Notes: generated by a model from the letters alone, not told the origin. A stretch of DNA of 64,000 nucleotides from an uncultured Syntrophaceae bacterium (GCA_964547985.1 CAZJPV010000003.1:21003-85002); one strand, 5' to 3'. Shown: positions 20,519 to 29,786, numbered from the stretch's first letter. Program-made: numbers and translations.

Positions 20519-22006
20519 ATGAAGAAAGAAGCGGTTCTTGTATTTCCCAATCAGCTCTTCGAGAGCCATCCCTTCGTATCGAAAGAGAGGCCGGTCATCC
20601 TTGTCGAGGAACCGCGATTCTTCTTCGAGCCCTCCGCGGGGATCCGGTTTCACAAAAAGAAGCTCCTCCTTCACCGGGCCTCCATGCGCTTCTATCTCGA
20701 TGAGCTCAGGTCCCGTGGCCTGCGGGTATCCTATGTGGATTACAGGGAATCGGGAAAGGGCGGCACACTCCTGAACCGGCTCGGTAAAGAAGGCGTTAAG
20801 AAAATCTTCCTGGCAGACCTCGCTGACTATGAACTTGAAAAGCGCATCCTCAAGGAGGCGAAGGAATCGGACCTTGAAGTGGAAGTCTCCGATACACCGA
20901 ACTTTCTCACGTCGCAGGTGTGGATTCGAAAATATTTCACGGGGAAATCCCATTTTGCCATGACGCCCTTTTACATCGAGCAGAGAAAGCGCCTGGATAT
21001 CATGGTGAAGGATGGAAAACCTCAAGGGGGCAGATGGAGCTTCGACCCGGAGAACCGAAGAAGGCTCCCGAAGGGGACGAAAATCCCGAAACTGAAACTC
21101 CCGACTTCGAACCGGTATGTCACAGAAGCCCGGGAATATGTTGATGGCCTCTTCCCGGATCATCCTGGAGAAACGGAAGAATTCTTCTACCCCGTGACAA
21201 GGAAGGATGCCCTTTCTTGGCTTCACAGCTTCCTCGAAGAAAGACTTCGTTATTTCGGCGATTACGAGGATGCCATGAGCCGGGAAGAGACGTTCCTTTT
21301 TCATTCGGTCCTCACACCGGCTCTGAACATCGGGCTTCTGACGCCCGCGCAGGTGGCAATGGAGACGCTGCATTATGCACGGGAGATAAGAAATGGTATC
21401 CCGCTCAATTCTCTGGAGGGGTTCATTCGCCAAATCATCGGCTGGCGGGAGTTCATGAGGGCGGTCTATCTCCTTGCGGGAGAAAAGGAGCGCAAATCAA
21501 ACTTCTGGGACCACAAACGAAAAATCCCCAAATCCTTCTATATGGGAACAACGGGGATCCAACCCCTGGACCATGTGATCCGGCACGTAACCGGCACAGC
21601 TTACTGCCATCACATCGAGCGGCTCATGGTCCTGGGAAATTTCATGCTTCTTTGCGAGATCGATCCCGGAGGGGTCTACCGCTGGTTCATGGAGATGTTC
21701 ATCGACGCCTACGACTGGGTCATGGTCCCGAACGTTTACGGCATGAGCCAGTACGCCGACGGTGGTCTCATAACGACGAAACCCTACATCAGCTCATCGA
21801 ATTATATCCTTAAAATGAGCGACTTTCCGAGGGCTGACTGGTGTGATGTGTGGGATGCCCTCTACTGGCGGTTCATTCACAAACACCGGGATTTGTTCGC
21901 GGGAAACCCCAGGATGCGGGTCATGACGTTTCAGTTCGACCGGATGGGTAAGAAACAGCGGGAAGGATATCTGGAAACAGCAGACGGTTTTCTTAAATCT
22001 CTTTGA
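20519..22006 (+). CDS. cryptochrome/photolyase-related protein (COG3046 / FeS-BCP, CryB/PhrB-like)
   Basis: About 495 aa from ATG 20519 (the track uses GTG 20507). N-terminus VLVFPNQLFE. It has the GWREFMR and AYCHHIERLMVLGNFMLL signatures of this family. Confidence 0.82.
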   Translation: MKKEAVLVFPNQLFESHPFVSKERPVILVEEPRFFFEPSAGIRFHKKKLLLHRASMRFYLDELRSRGLRVSYVDYRESGKGGTLLNRLGKEGVKKIFLADLADYELEKRILKEAKESDLEVEVSDTPNFLTSQVWIRKYFTGKSHFAMTPFYIEQRKRLDIMVKDGKPQGGRWSFDPENRRRLPKGTKIPKLKLPTSNRYVTEAREYVDGLFPDHPGETEEFFYPVTRKDALSWLHSFLEERLRYFGDYEDAMSREETFLFHSVLTPALNIGLLTPAQVAMETLHYAREIRNGIPLNSLEGFIRQIIGWREFMRAVYLLAGEKERKSNFWDHKRKIPKSFYMGTTGIQPLDHVIRHVTGTAYCHHIERLMVLGNFMLLCEIDPGGVYRWFMEMFIDAYDWVMVPNVYGMSQYADGGLITTKPYISSSNYILKMSDFPRADWCDVWDALYWRFIHKHRDLFAGNPRMRVMTFQFDRMGKKQREGYLETADGFLKSL

Positions 22007-22009
22007 GGT

Positions 22010-22044
22010 TTGCCGACAACTCACCACTGACAACTCATAACTTC
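22010..22044. repeat. 7/14-nt periodic repeat (TTGCCGA|CAACTCA|CCACTGA|CAACTCA|TAACTTC)
   Basis: Read directly in the spacer between convergent genes. CAACTCA recurs at a 14-nt distance. The opposite strand reads TGAGTTG..TGAGTTG and is G/T-rich. Confidence 0.5.
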
Positions 22045-22058
22045 GCCTCGCGAGCTTA

Positions 22059-22478
22059 TCACTCCCAGCCCAGGGGCGAATAGCCCTTTTCTCTAAGGCA
22101 CCGATCCACGAACTGTTTGTAAACGGGGCTGGGCTCTGCGGCCTTGAAGATACCGTATGTCGCACCTGCCGCCGCCCCGCCTGCCGCGCCCTCAGCGAGT
22201 ACCTGGCCAAAATCACCTCTGACAGCGCCAACAGCGGCACCGGTTGCCGCACCGATGGCCCCGCCCTTCAAGGCTCCCTCGGCGACTTTCGAATCCTGGT
22301 GCTTCTTGACGTAGGCCTCGGCCATCTGCATGCACTGATCGATGTCCCGCTGGGCCTGTTCCTGCCCGACCCTCTGCAGCTGTGCGTTGGGGTAGAGGAC
22401 GGGCCTCTGATGGGCCGCGCAGCCGAGAAGAACGAAAATGGAAATAAAAGCTAAAAGCTTCTTCAATTCACCCTCCAT
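22059..22478 (-). CDS. glycine-zipper lipoprotein
   Basis: 139 aa. Lipobox VLLGC after a signal peptide and a Gly/Ala zipper (GGAIGAATGAAVGAV...GAAGGAAAGA). Confidence 0.7.
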   Translation of the reverse strand: MEGELKKLLAFISIFVLLGCAAHQRPVLYPNAQLQRVGQEQAQRDIDQCMQMAEAYVKKHQDSKVAEGALKGGAIGAATGAAVGAVRGDFGQVLAEGAAGGAAAGATYGIFKAAEPSPVYKQFVDRCLREKGYSPLGWE

Positions 22479-22565
22479 ATTCCCATTCTGATGTATTGAA
22501 CGATCAAGATCCCTTTCGGATGACCTTAAACGGCAGTGTAATCTATCAGATCGAATGATTTTGCT

Positions 22566-22940
22566 TCAACCCTTTTCGATCCGGATCTTTGGGGCACCCT
22601 TTTCCTTTTTTAGGACCGTTGCGTCACCGGTGATCATCCCGACGACATTCACCTGGCTCGCCGGGACGGGGTCGGAACTGTCGCTCATGGGCGTTCGCCC
22701 GAAGAAGATGGCAAGCGCCGTCCCCGGGGGCCAGTAGCCGATGTGGCCGACCCTGACCTTCGTCGTCGCCGTCTCATCCGGCGGCATCTTAAGGCCGATG
22801 GAGAAATAAAACTCATCCCCCCATTCGTTCGGTTTTGCCTCGATGGGGAGCTTTTTGTAGATGGCCTTCGCGCAGGGGGTGTCGGATAACTCCGCGTTCA
22901 GGCTGCACGCCCCGACAATGATCTTTATCTTCTGCGGCAT
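22566..22940 (-). CDS. cyclophilin-like fold protein (uncharacterised family)
   Basis: 124 aa. The pattern KIKIIVG...LNAELSD...A..I...LP, later G.IGYWPPG.ALAIFFG, is remembered from cyclophilin-like (PF04126-type) proteins. This was not verified. Confidence 0.6.
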   Translation of the reverse strand: MPQKIKIIVGACSLNAELSDTPCAKAIYKKLPIEAKPNEWGDEFYFSIGLKMPPDETATTKVRVGHIGYWPPGTALAIFFGRTPMSDSSDPVPASQVNVVGMITGDATVLKKEKGAPKIRIEKG

Positions 22941-23040
22941 GGACGTGTCCCTTCCGTTAAAGTCCCGTTTTCTTTTCAGAAAGGAATCTTACCACATAAT
23001 AATGATATTTGATTCTCTTTTCAACAGGTTCCATGTCGGA

Positions 23041-23289
23041 TCAAAGCTTCTTCATGGCGAAGAAGGTCCCTAGGCTGTTCCCGCTTGCGAAGGCCGTGAT
23101 ATTCATCAGGCCATTCGTTGCGGAGTCCTTCAGAATCACCGTGATAAGAACAAAATTGGCTACTGTGATCATCCCGGAGAGCACCGTCGCCCGGAAGATT
23201 TTCCTCTGGGCGACGTCGCTCGTGTACTTGGTGATCAAAAGATCCACGACGAATCCAGCGATGAAGATGAGGATGATTTTGAGGATCAT
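23041..23289 (-). CDS. small membrane protein (resembles the N-terminal membrane domain of the UPF0316 family)
   Basis: 82 aa with three hydrophobic segments. A GGGAGG RBS lies upstream of ATG 23289. Confidence 0.55.
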   Translation of the reverse strand: MILKIILIFIAGFVVDLLITKYTSDVAQRKIFRATVLSGMITVANFVLITVILKDSATNGLMNITAFASGNSLGTFFAMKKL

Positions 23290-23734
23290 GGCACACCTCC
23301 CTGTATGTATTTTGAAAAGATTTCAGACGATTAGACAGGAAAACCCATCGGGGTGGATGCCTTCGGAATCGAAAGACAGAAAAAGCGTCCTTATTCGGCT
23401 GACACATTAAGCCGCATCTGCATGCTTTATTCGATTTTTAAAGGAGGTTACGGGCAGGAAGGACCCGTGATGTGGTGAGAAGGACAGGAATCTTTCACGG
23501 ATCTTTTGTTACCCATAACCCGGGGGTTGTTCGGCTGATTCCAAGGCATCCTCCTGTTCAAGATGGCAGGCCGTGTCTGCCTGCTGGCTGAAAACATTAT
23601 TATAATACCGGAAAAGACGGCAAAAGACAATTATCAAAATGTAACATAAATTCAAGTTGTTATACATGATTTGACGGCTGAAAACCCGCGGGGAGGGGTT
23701 TCAGCCCCCAAGGTAGGTCTTCTGACTGCCCGGT

Positions 23735-24046
23735 TCAGATCTGAAGAGTCTTCTTTCTGAAAAGGGGACAGATCTCCGAAGAGCCGGGCTCGAAGTCTCG
23801 ACAGACCTTTGGCCTTGTTTCATAGATGGCGCATGCGGCCCGGTCCTCTTCCCAGACCAGGTAGGGACAGGCGTGAAGGTGGTGCCCGTCTTCGAGTGCG
23901 ACAAGGCGGTCCCCCGCCCAGGCCGTCCAGCGGTACTTCTCCAGGATATCGTCACGCCCCTCCTGCCTCCATCGCGCGAGGTCCTCCTCGCAGGCCTGGG
24001 CGATCATATTGGCGAGGCAGCAGATCCCGCAGCGGTTGCATTCCAT
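23735..24046 (-). CDS. YkgJ-family cysteine-cluster protein (UPF0153)
   Basis: 103 aa. CNRCGICC at the N-terminus, and later CPYL and C..Y..RP..CR motifs. Confidence 0.8.
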   Translation of the reverse strand: MECNRCGICCLANMIAQACEEDLARWRQEGRDDILEKYRWTAWAGDRLVALEDGHHLHACPYLVWEEDRAACAIYETRPKVCRDFEPGSSEICPLFRKKTLQI

Positions 24047-24139
24047 CGGAATTTACGTGATATCGCGCCTTGACGGGCGGATATCAAAGTTGATAAGGCA
24101 CTATAACTCAGGACGCCCTTTTTATAAAAGGAAAAAGGG

Positions 24140-24174
24140 TGAAGGATGAGTTATGAAATTTGAGTTTTGAAATG
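24140..24174 (+). repeat. heptameric tandem repeat with TGA phased every 7 nt (5 units)
   Basis: TGAAGGA|TGAGTTA|TGAAATT|TGAGTTT|TGAAATG, with TGA at 24140, 24147, 24154, 24161 and 24168. It lies inside a C-free stretch of about 50 nt in the divergent ykgJ / methyltransferase spacer. Confidence 0.7.
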
Positions 24175-24212
24175 AATGCAAAATTCATGATTCAATACCA
24201 AATATAACGGTT

Positions 24213-25118
24213 ATGTCACCGATTAACGATACAAGACATTATCACAGGCGCGGCCGGATCGATCTCATGACGGAGTTCACGATCTCCGAGTCCCTGCGCT
24301 CCGCCGACTCCCCCTATTCAAAGGCCCTGGAGCTTTCGTCCTACGGGGAGATGGTTGGGAGGCGGCTAGCGGAGATGAAGCTTATGAGACCCGGATGCCG
24401 GATCTGTGAGGTCGGCGGAGGGTACGGGAGCCTGATGCGGGGGCTTCTCGAGAACTGCTCGTCATTGATCGGCCAGGTGCTCATGGTAGATTTATCTGCG
24501 AACCTCCTAAAGAGACAGCGGGAATGTCTGAAGTCGTGGGGATCGAAAGTCGCCTTCATCCACGGCGACATCTCGGAACTGATGCCTTCCCTTCGGAGCC
24601 TCGACCTCATGATTCTCAACGAGGTGATCGGCGATCTCGACACCTGGACGGACCTTTCTGCCGGAAAACTCCCCGGGGAGGTCGCTGGGTACGTGCGTGA
24701 ATATGGTCTTGCCATCCCGGAAAAGGGGACGTTTCACTTCAATATCGGAGCCCTTCGTCTCCTGGAAGCGATCTGCCGCCAGGGAATTCCTGCTTTCATC
24801 AGTGAGCACTCGAGCGATCCCATCATCCCGCCCGGCATGGATTACCTCGCCAGGGGGCTCACACCCGACGGGTTCCCGAGGGAGATAAAGCTCAAGGATC
24901 ACTCAGAGTACACCATCCGGTTTTCCCACCTTGTGCGTGTCGCGGAGACCCTCGGGAAGAAAACACGGACGGGTTCCCTTATCGAACTCCTCGGGATGAG
25001 GGATACGCCGGGACTTCGATTCATCTTCACGGCACAGGCGAGCGCGAAGGACGAGCAGGCGCTTGTGCTCGAATTTCTCGATCATGTACGGGAATACCGA
25101 TGGCTTACGATACAGTAG
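24213..25118 (+). CDS. SAM-dependent methyltransferase-like protein
   Basis: 301 aa with motif I ICEVGGGYGSLM. An alternative start is MTEF at 24267. Confidence 0.72.
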   Translation: MSPINDTRHYHRRGRIDLMTEFTISESLRSADSPYSKALELSSYGEMVGRRLAEMKLMRPGCRICEVGGGYGSLMRGLLENCSSLIGQVLMVDLSANLLKRQRECLKSWGSKVAFIHGDISELMPSLRSLDLMILNEVIGDLDTWTDLSAGKLPGEVAGYVREYGLAIPEKGTFHFNIGALRLLEAICRQGIPAFISEHSSDPIIPPGMDYLARGLTPDGFPREIKLKDHSEYTIRFSHLVRVAETLGKKTRTGSLIELLGMRDTPGLRFIFTAQASAKDEQALVLEFLDHVREYRWLTIQ

Positions 25119-25134
25119 GGTGGTGAATAACCAC

Positions 25135-25176
25135 AGTGACTAGTGATGAGTGGCGAGCGGTGAGTGGACAGATTGA
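25135..25176 (+). repeat. heptameric tandem repeat (AGTGNNN-like, 6 units) just 3' of the methyltransferase stop
   Basis: AGTGACT|AGTGATG|AGTGGCG|AGCGGTG|AGTGGAC|AGATTGA. The region is dense in TGA/TAA/TAG in all three frames. Confidence 0.65.
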
Positions 25177-25403
25177 TACAATGACTGAGCGGGATTCTTT
25201 CTGCGAATAGACGGTTTTTGACCGCACCGTCGCTCGCTCCACTGCAGACGCAAAAACTCGCCCTTCGGACTCAGACAGTTTGCGCTGCGGGCGTTCCGCT
25301 TCGCGAAGAGCGGTTAACAAAAACACGTCTAATTTCGCTGTTCAGAATCCACGCTCATCCGCTTTCGGCGAATAGAAATGAGTGTGCAGTGAAAAGTGGG
25401 GAG

Positions 25404-25718
25404 ATGAAGAAGAGAAAAGAAGAGGCGGTCAGGGCGCTCTTTGATTGTTACAAAAAAATTGAAGCACTGAAGGAAAAACCCTCCTATTCACCGGAATTCC
25501 TCCTGTGGCGACAGGAAACGGAGGCCATGATCGAAAGGCTCTTCGGGAAGGAGAGTAATGAGGCCCAGAATTTCAAAGCCATCCACTACAACCCCTTTTT
25601 TCTCTCCTGCCGGACGAGTGAGACCGATATCGAGGATGCCTACCAGGAAGGTATGGAAGAGGCAAGAAAGATGATCGTCTCCTGGATGGAGTCGCTAGGC
25701 CGTAAACCGGGGGAATAA
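25404..25718 (+). CDS. hypothetical protein
   Basis: I prefer ATG 25404 (MKKRKEEAVRALFDCYKK...), which has GGGGAG upstream. The track ORF starts at 25218 inside the repeat/hairpin spacer. There are 104 codons of helical, charged composition. Confidence 0.5.
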   Translation: MKKRKEEAVRALFDCYKKIEALKEKPSYSPEFLLWRQETEAMIERLFGKESNEAQNFKAIHYNPFFLSCRTSETDIEDAYQEGMEEARKMIVSWMESLGRKPGE

Positions 25719-25737
25719 ACATACCTGATGAAAGGAA

Positions 25738-26673
25738 TTAACCCTTCTTTTTCCGAAACTCAACCCAGAGGGTGAGGAGCCGGGTTGCTAAAATGGCCAT
25801 GATGAACCGCGGCACCCAGAGCCAGAAGGGGCTCAGCCCGAAGGACAGAAAGAGGGTCGGGTCCTCGATCATGGAATGGTTGATCCCGATGGACAGGTGC
25901 AGTTCCTGGAGTTCCTCCCGCGTCAGGTGTCCCGCCTTTGCCTCCTCCACGATCACCGCGCCGCCGTAAGCAAGCCCGAAGACCACCGCCGTCATCCAGA
26001 GCATCCCGACCTGCCGGCTGAGGCCCATCAGCCGCAGAAGCGGCGACAGGGCCCGGACAACGGGATGGATCCAGCCCATCTTTTTCATGACTTCGAGAAA
26101 TGTCAGGATGGACATGATGATCAGGAAGATCTTCAGGGAAAGGCCGAACATCGAATAGACCCAGCTCTTCATCATCCCGGCAAGGGGCAGGGGAACCGAC
26201 TGAAGGCCTCCGGGAGAGGCATCAAGCGGGTTTTTCGTGTCAAGGAAAAACGAGCACGCCCAGACAGTAATGATGGCGGTCGTCAGCCGAAAGAGGGTTG
26301 CCTTGAGGGGGTGAATCCCGGAGTTGGCCTGGACAACGCCCTCCTGGACGAGATTGTGGCAGATGAGGAGAAAGACGGCAATGAGAGTCATCTGTTCGAT
26401 CGTGAAGGGGAGAACGGCCATGGCTGCAATGCCCCCATAGATGTTCGCCAGCATCCCGATAATGAGGGGTAATGCGGCCGCGGCCAGAAGGCCGATCAGG
26501 TTCATCAGTGGTTGGAGCAGAAAGTCCATTTTCGAAAGAAGGCCGCTCCAGTCCAGGAGCGCCGTCAGGAAGGAGATGGGCAGGATGATTTTTATCATCC
26601 AGATGAATCCGTCGAAGCCTTTTTTGATCCCGTCTCTCAAGCCTTCGAGAAGTCGATGACGGGCCTCGATCAC
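25738..26673 (-). CDS. nucleoside-recognition (Gate) domain membrane protein
   Basis: 311 aa, polytopic. Its pattern resembles the FeoB-gate/SpmA-like nucleoside recognition domain. There is a 4-nt overlap with trxC. Confidence 0.7.
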   Translation of the reverse strand: MIEARHRLLEGLRDGIKKGFDGFIWMIKIILPISFLTALLDWSGLLSKMDFLLQPLMNLIGLLAAAALPLIIGMLANIYGGIAAMAVLPFTIEQMTLIAVFLLICHNLVQEGVVQANSGIHPLKATLFRLTTAIITVWACSFFLDTKNPLDASPGGLQSVPLPLAGMMKSWVYSMFGLSLKIFLIIMSILTFLEVMKKMGWIHPVVRALSPLLRLMGLSRQVGMLWMTAVVFGLAYGGAVIVEEAKAGHLTREELQELHLSIGINHSMIEDPTLFLSFGLSPFWLWVPRFIMAILATRLLTLWVEFRKKKG

Positions 26674-27128
26674 GACAACCTCAAAAGGGCCTTGAGATGC
26701 CTCTCGATATCTTCCTTCGAGAGAACGCCCACCATCCGGTCCATCAGCTTTCCTTCCCTGAAGAGAAGCATGGTGGGGATCCCCTGGACGGTGTACTGTG
26801 CGGGGACGGCTCTGTTCTCGTCAACGTTCATTTTGGCAACTTTCACCCGGCCTTCAAAATCGATAGCGATCTTTTCGGTGATGGGCGCAAGCATCCGACA
26901 GTAGGCGCACCAGGGCGCCCACAGGACGACAAGGACGGGCTCCGGCGAGGCGAGGACCTCCCGGGTGAAGGTGCCGTCGGTCACCGGCACGGTCAGGGCC
27001 TCTTTCCCGTGGACGGAAAGTAGCGCGTGGCATTTGCCGCATAGAGGCTGGTCATGCAGTTTCGCCGTCGGAACGCGATTTTTTGCGCCGCATTTGCTGC
27101 AGGTGATGACAATGGTTTCCTGGTCCAT
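26670..27128 (-). CDS. trxC: thioredoxin 2-type protein (N-terminal Zn-finger plus Trx domain) with a non-canonical WCAYC active site
   Basis: 152 aa. CSKCGAKNRV...CGKCH zinc ribbon, then VLVVLWAPWCAYCRMLAP and the cis-Pro GIPT. Confidence 0.88.
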   Translation of the reverse strand: MDQETIVITCSKCGAKNRVPTAKLHDQPLCGKCHALLSVHGKEALTVPVTDGTFTREVLASPEPVLVVLWAPWCAYCRMLAPITEKIAIDFEGRVKVAKMNVDENRAVPAQYTVQGIPTMLLFREGKLMDRMVGVLSKEDIERHLKALLRLS

Positions 27129-27139
27129 GCTTTTCTGTT

Positions 27140-27622
27140 CTACCTTGCCACGGTCACGGGTCGGGGGGAGAGAATCCTGACGAGATCCTTCGTGGCCATG
27201 TCTGCCAGCAGCCCCTTTCGTCCGGCATTGATAAGAATCCGGGGAATGCCGAGAATCGTCTCCTCGATGTAGACCGGAAGATTTTTCCGCGTGCCGAAGG
27301 GTGACGTACCTCCGACGACGTAGCCCGTGTGTTTGCCGGCCGCGGCCGGGTCGCAGGGCTGGACGGTCTTGACGCCGAGTGTCCTGGCCAGGTCCTTGGT
27401 GGAAACCTGCCTGTTCCCATGCATGAGAATGATGAAGGGTCTTTTCAGATCGTCCTCCATGACGAGCGTCTTGATGACCCGGTATTCGTCCACGCGCAGT
27501 TCCCTCGCGGCCACCTCGGTTCCACCCCTTTCCTCATACTTGTAGGCGTGGAGCGTGAAATCCGCCCCGTTGTCCCGTAGGGCCCGGATGGCTGGTGTGG
27601 CCGGAAAATGCTCCTTTGTCAT
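27140..27622 (-). CDS. ybaK: Cys-tRNA(Pro)/Cys-tRNA(Cys) deacylase YbaK
   Basis: 160 aa. TPAIRAL......H.Y...... then KTLV and GGTSPFG motifs. Confidence 0.88.
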   Translation of the reverse strand: MTKEHFPATPAIRALRDNGADFTLHAYKYEERGGTEVAARELRVDEYRVIKTLVMEDDLKRPFIILMHGNRQVSTKDLARTLGVKTVQPCDPAAAGKHTGYVVGGTSPFGTRKNLPVYIEETILGIPRILINAGRKGLLADMATKDLVRILSPRPVTVAR

Positions 27623-28755
27623 GAGTGGCCTCTCTTGTGCCCGTGGCGTCCTTGATTATCTTTTCGGAAGGTTTTACTATGCATCGATGCAGTAACGCCC
27701 CGGACAATCTCGCGATCGGCCTTCGAGAAAGCCAGGTTCTTGAGTTCGTCGACGGGTACCCACGACCACGCGGCGCACTCCAGGGCCTTTGGTCTGCCTT
27801 TCAAATGTCTGCAGGAATAGGCATAAAGGGTCATGAGGAAATGGGTGAAGCCGTGCTCCGCGGCAAGAAGTTTCCGGCCCACGGCAACATTGATACCCAG
27901 TTCGCCGAGAATGCTCTGCCGGAGGGCCTGCTGAAGGGACAGCCCGTCCTCCCGCCTTCCGCCCGGGAATTTCCAGAGACCCCCGAGCAGGCCTTTATCG
28001 GGCCGCCTGACAACGAGGACCCGGCCGTTTTTCCGTATAATCCCCGCCGTCACATCCCGGTGGGGAAGTGCCGTTCTTTTCGGCACGGGCGGGATGTCAT
28101 TCTGAAGGCCCCTGATGCGGGCGAGGCAAATATCGACGAGGGGACACCTTTCGCAGGCCGGATTCCGGGGCAGGCAGACCGTGGCGCCGAGATCCATCAT
28201 GGCCTGGTTGAATGGACCGGGCCGGTCTTGCGGCACCAGCGCCCGCAGGGTCTTTTCGATTTTCTTCTGAACCGATGGTTCCCGCGGGGGCTTGCGAAGG
28301 GCCATCAGACGACTCATGACGCGACGGGCATTCCCGTCAATAGCGGGCACCGGCTTTTCGAAGGCGATGCTCAGGACAGCGCCGGCCGTGTATGCGCCGA
28401 TGCCGGGGAGGGCAAGGAGGTCCTCGAATGTTGCGGGAAGTATTCCGCCGTGAACCTCTACCAGTTGCCCGGCCGCTTCGTGGAGGTGTCGTGCGCGGGC
28501 ATAGTAACCCATATTCTCCCAGGCCTTGAGGACGTCATCCCGTGACGCCCGGGCCAGGCTCCGGATGGTGGGAAACCGTTTCAGGAACCGGTTGAAGTAG
28601 GGGATCACCGTGTCGACCTGGGTCTGTTGCAGCATGATCTCGGAGACCCAGATCGCATAAGGGTCGCGTGTTCTTCGCCAGGGAAGTTCCCGGCGGTTTT
28701 TTTCGTACCAGGCGAGGAGGCGGTGCGTGATGTTTCTCGTGTCAGGTCCGGTCAT
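27619..28755 (-). CDS. mutY: A/G-specific adenine DNA glycosylase MutY
   Basis: 378 aa. WY......LPWR...DPY.IWVSEIMLQQTQV, HhH-GPD (LPGIGAYTAGA), an FeS loop C..C..CPL...C, and a NUDIX-like C-terminal domain. Confidence 0.93.
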   Translation of the reverse strand: MTGPDTRNITHRLLAWYEKNRRELPWRRTRDPYAIWVSEIMLQQTQVDTVIPYFNRFLKRFPTIRSLARASRDDVLKAWENMGYYARARHLHEAAGQLVEVHGGILPATFEDLLALPGIGAYTAGAVLSIAFEKPVPAIDGNARRVMSRLMALRKPPREPSVQKKIEKTLRALVPQDRPGPFNQAMMDLGATVCLPRNPACERCPLVDICLARIRGLQNDIPPVPKRTALPHRDVTAGIIRKNGRVLVVRRPDKGLLGGLWKFPGGRREDGLSLQQALRQSILGELGINVAVGRKLLAAEHGFTHFLMTLYAYSCRHLKGRPKALECAAWSWVPVDELKNLAFSKADREIVRGVTASMHSKTFRKDNQGRHGHKRGHS

Positions 28756-28823
28756 GATTCTATGGTATCGACACGTCGTTCGGAAGTCAAATGGAAGGAA
28801 ACGGCAATAGCGAACCTGGTGTA

Positions 28824-29786
28824 TTACACGTGATTGCGAAGCTGCAGCTCCATCGGGTGGGGGTTGAGATAGGTCTGCGTCTTCAAGTACGCCTGGTTGT
28901 ACTTCCTCACGAAGTGGTTCAGAAGGGTGACGGGCACGATGAGGGGTATGAGCCCCCTGCGGTACTCTTCGATGACCTCCAGGACTTCCCGCTTTTCATC
29001 CGCCGTCAGTTCCTTCTTGAAGTAGCCCATCATGTGATGGAGGACGTTGGTGTGCTTCGCTGCTGACGGCTTCAGTGCCATGGCCTCCATGAGAAGAGTC
29101 TCGTACTCATCGACGATGTCCCGGACGGGCCGTTCCTTGGCATGGGCCACAAGGCTTCCCATCTGCTTGAGGTGTTTGGGGCTGTGGGCCATGAGAAGTA
29201 GTTTGTTCTTTGAGTGGAAGTCCACGAGGCTTCCGAGGCGGCTCTTCCCCTCCATGATGTCGCAGTAACGCTTGTACGTGAAAATACGCTCGATGAAATT
29301 CTCCCGAAGCACCGGGTCGTGAAGGCGGCCTTCCTCTTCGACAGGGGTCATAGGGAAATGCTCCATGAAAGCCCTGGCAAAGAGGCCGACGCCTTTCTTC
29401 TGCGGCATGCCCTTTTCGTCATAGACCTTGACGCGCTCCATGCCGCTGGAGGGGGAATCGCTCTTGAAGATAAAGCCGAGAAGGTCCTCCCCTTCGAGCT
29501 CGGCAACGCGCTTGCGGGCCCACGTCAGCATCCGGTCCGTGTAATCGATCTTCGTACGGGTCGTGATGAACCGGGGGTTCGCCGCGTCGCCGACCAGCCG
29601 GAAGGTCTCCCGCGGGATTCCGAAACCGCATTCCACCTCGGGGCACACCGGGACATACTCCACCCACTTGCCCAGGGTGTCCTTCAGGAAGCGATCGAGG
29701 GCGTGACCGCCGTTGTAACGGACGTTTTCCCCCAGAAGACATGTGCTGATCCCGATACGGATCTTGTCCTGCCTGTCGGTCGTCAT
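28824..29786 (-). CDS. ybgA: DUF523 (TudS-like)-DUF1722 fusion protein, YbgA family
   Basis: 320 aa. N-terminus IGISTCLLGENVRYNGGH (DUF523). The C-terminal half has the YbgA-type helical region (KNKLLLMAHSP..Y..LG). Confidence 0.82.
   Translation of the reverse strand: MTTDRQDKIRIGISTCLLGENVRYNGGHALDRFLKDTLGKWVEYVPVCPEVECGFGIPRETFRLVGDAANPRFITTRTKIDYTDRMLTWARKRVAELEGEDLLGFIFKSDSPSSGMERVKVYDEKGMPQKKGVGLFARAFMEHFPMTPVEEEGRLHDPVLRENFIERIFTYKRYCDIMEGKSRLGSLVDFHSKNKLLLMAHSPKHLKQMGSLVAHAKERPVRDIVDEYETLLMEAMALKPSAAKHTNVLHHMMGYFKKELTADEKREVLEVIEEYRRGLIPLIVPVTLLNHFVRKYNQAYLKTQTYLNPHPMELQLRNHV

Noticed and set aside
23290-23734. 445-nt gap between ykgJ and the small membrane gene, examined for riboswitch, sRNA or TGA-split ORFs.
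   Set aside because: Candidate ORFs need two TGAs or have an RBS abutting the ATG. No known riboswitch consensus (fluoride, guanidine, c-di-GMP) was recognisable. Only a 10-bp bulged hairpin at 23677-23705 is clear.
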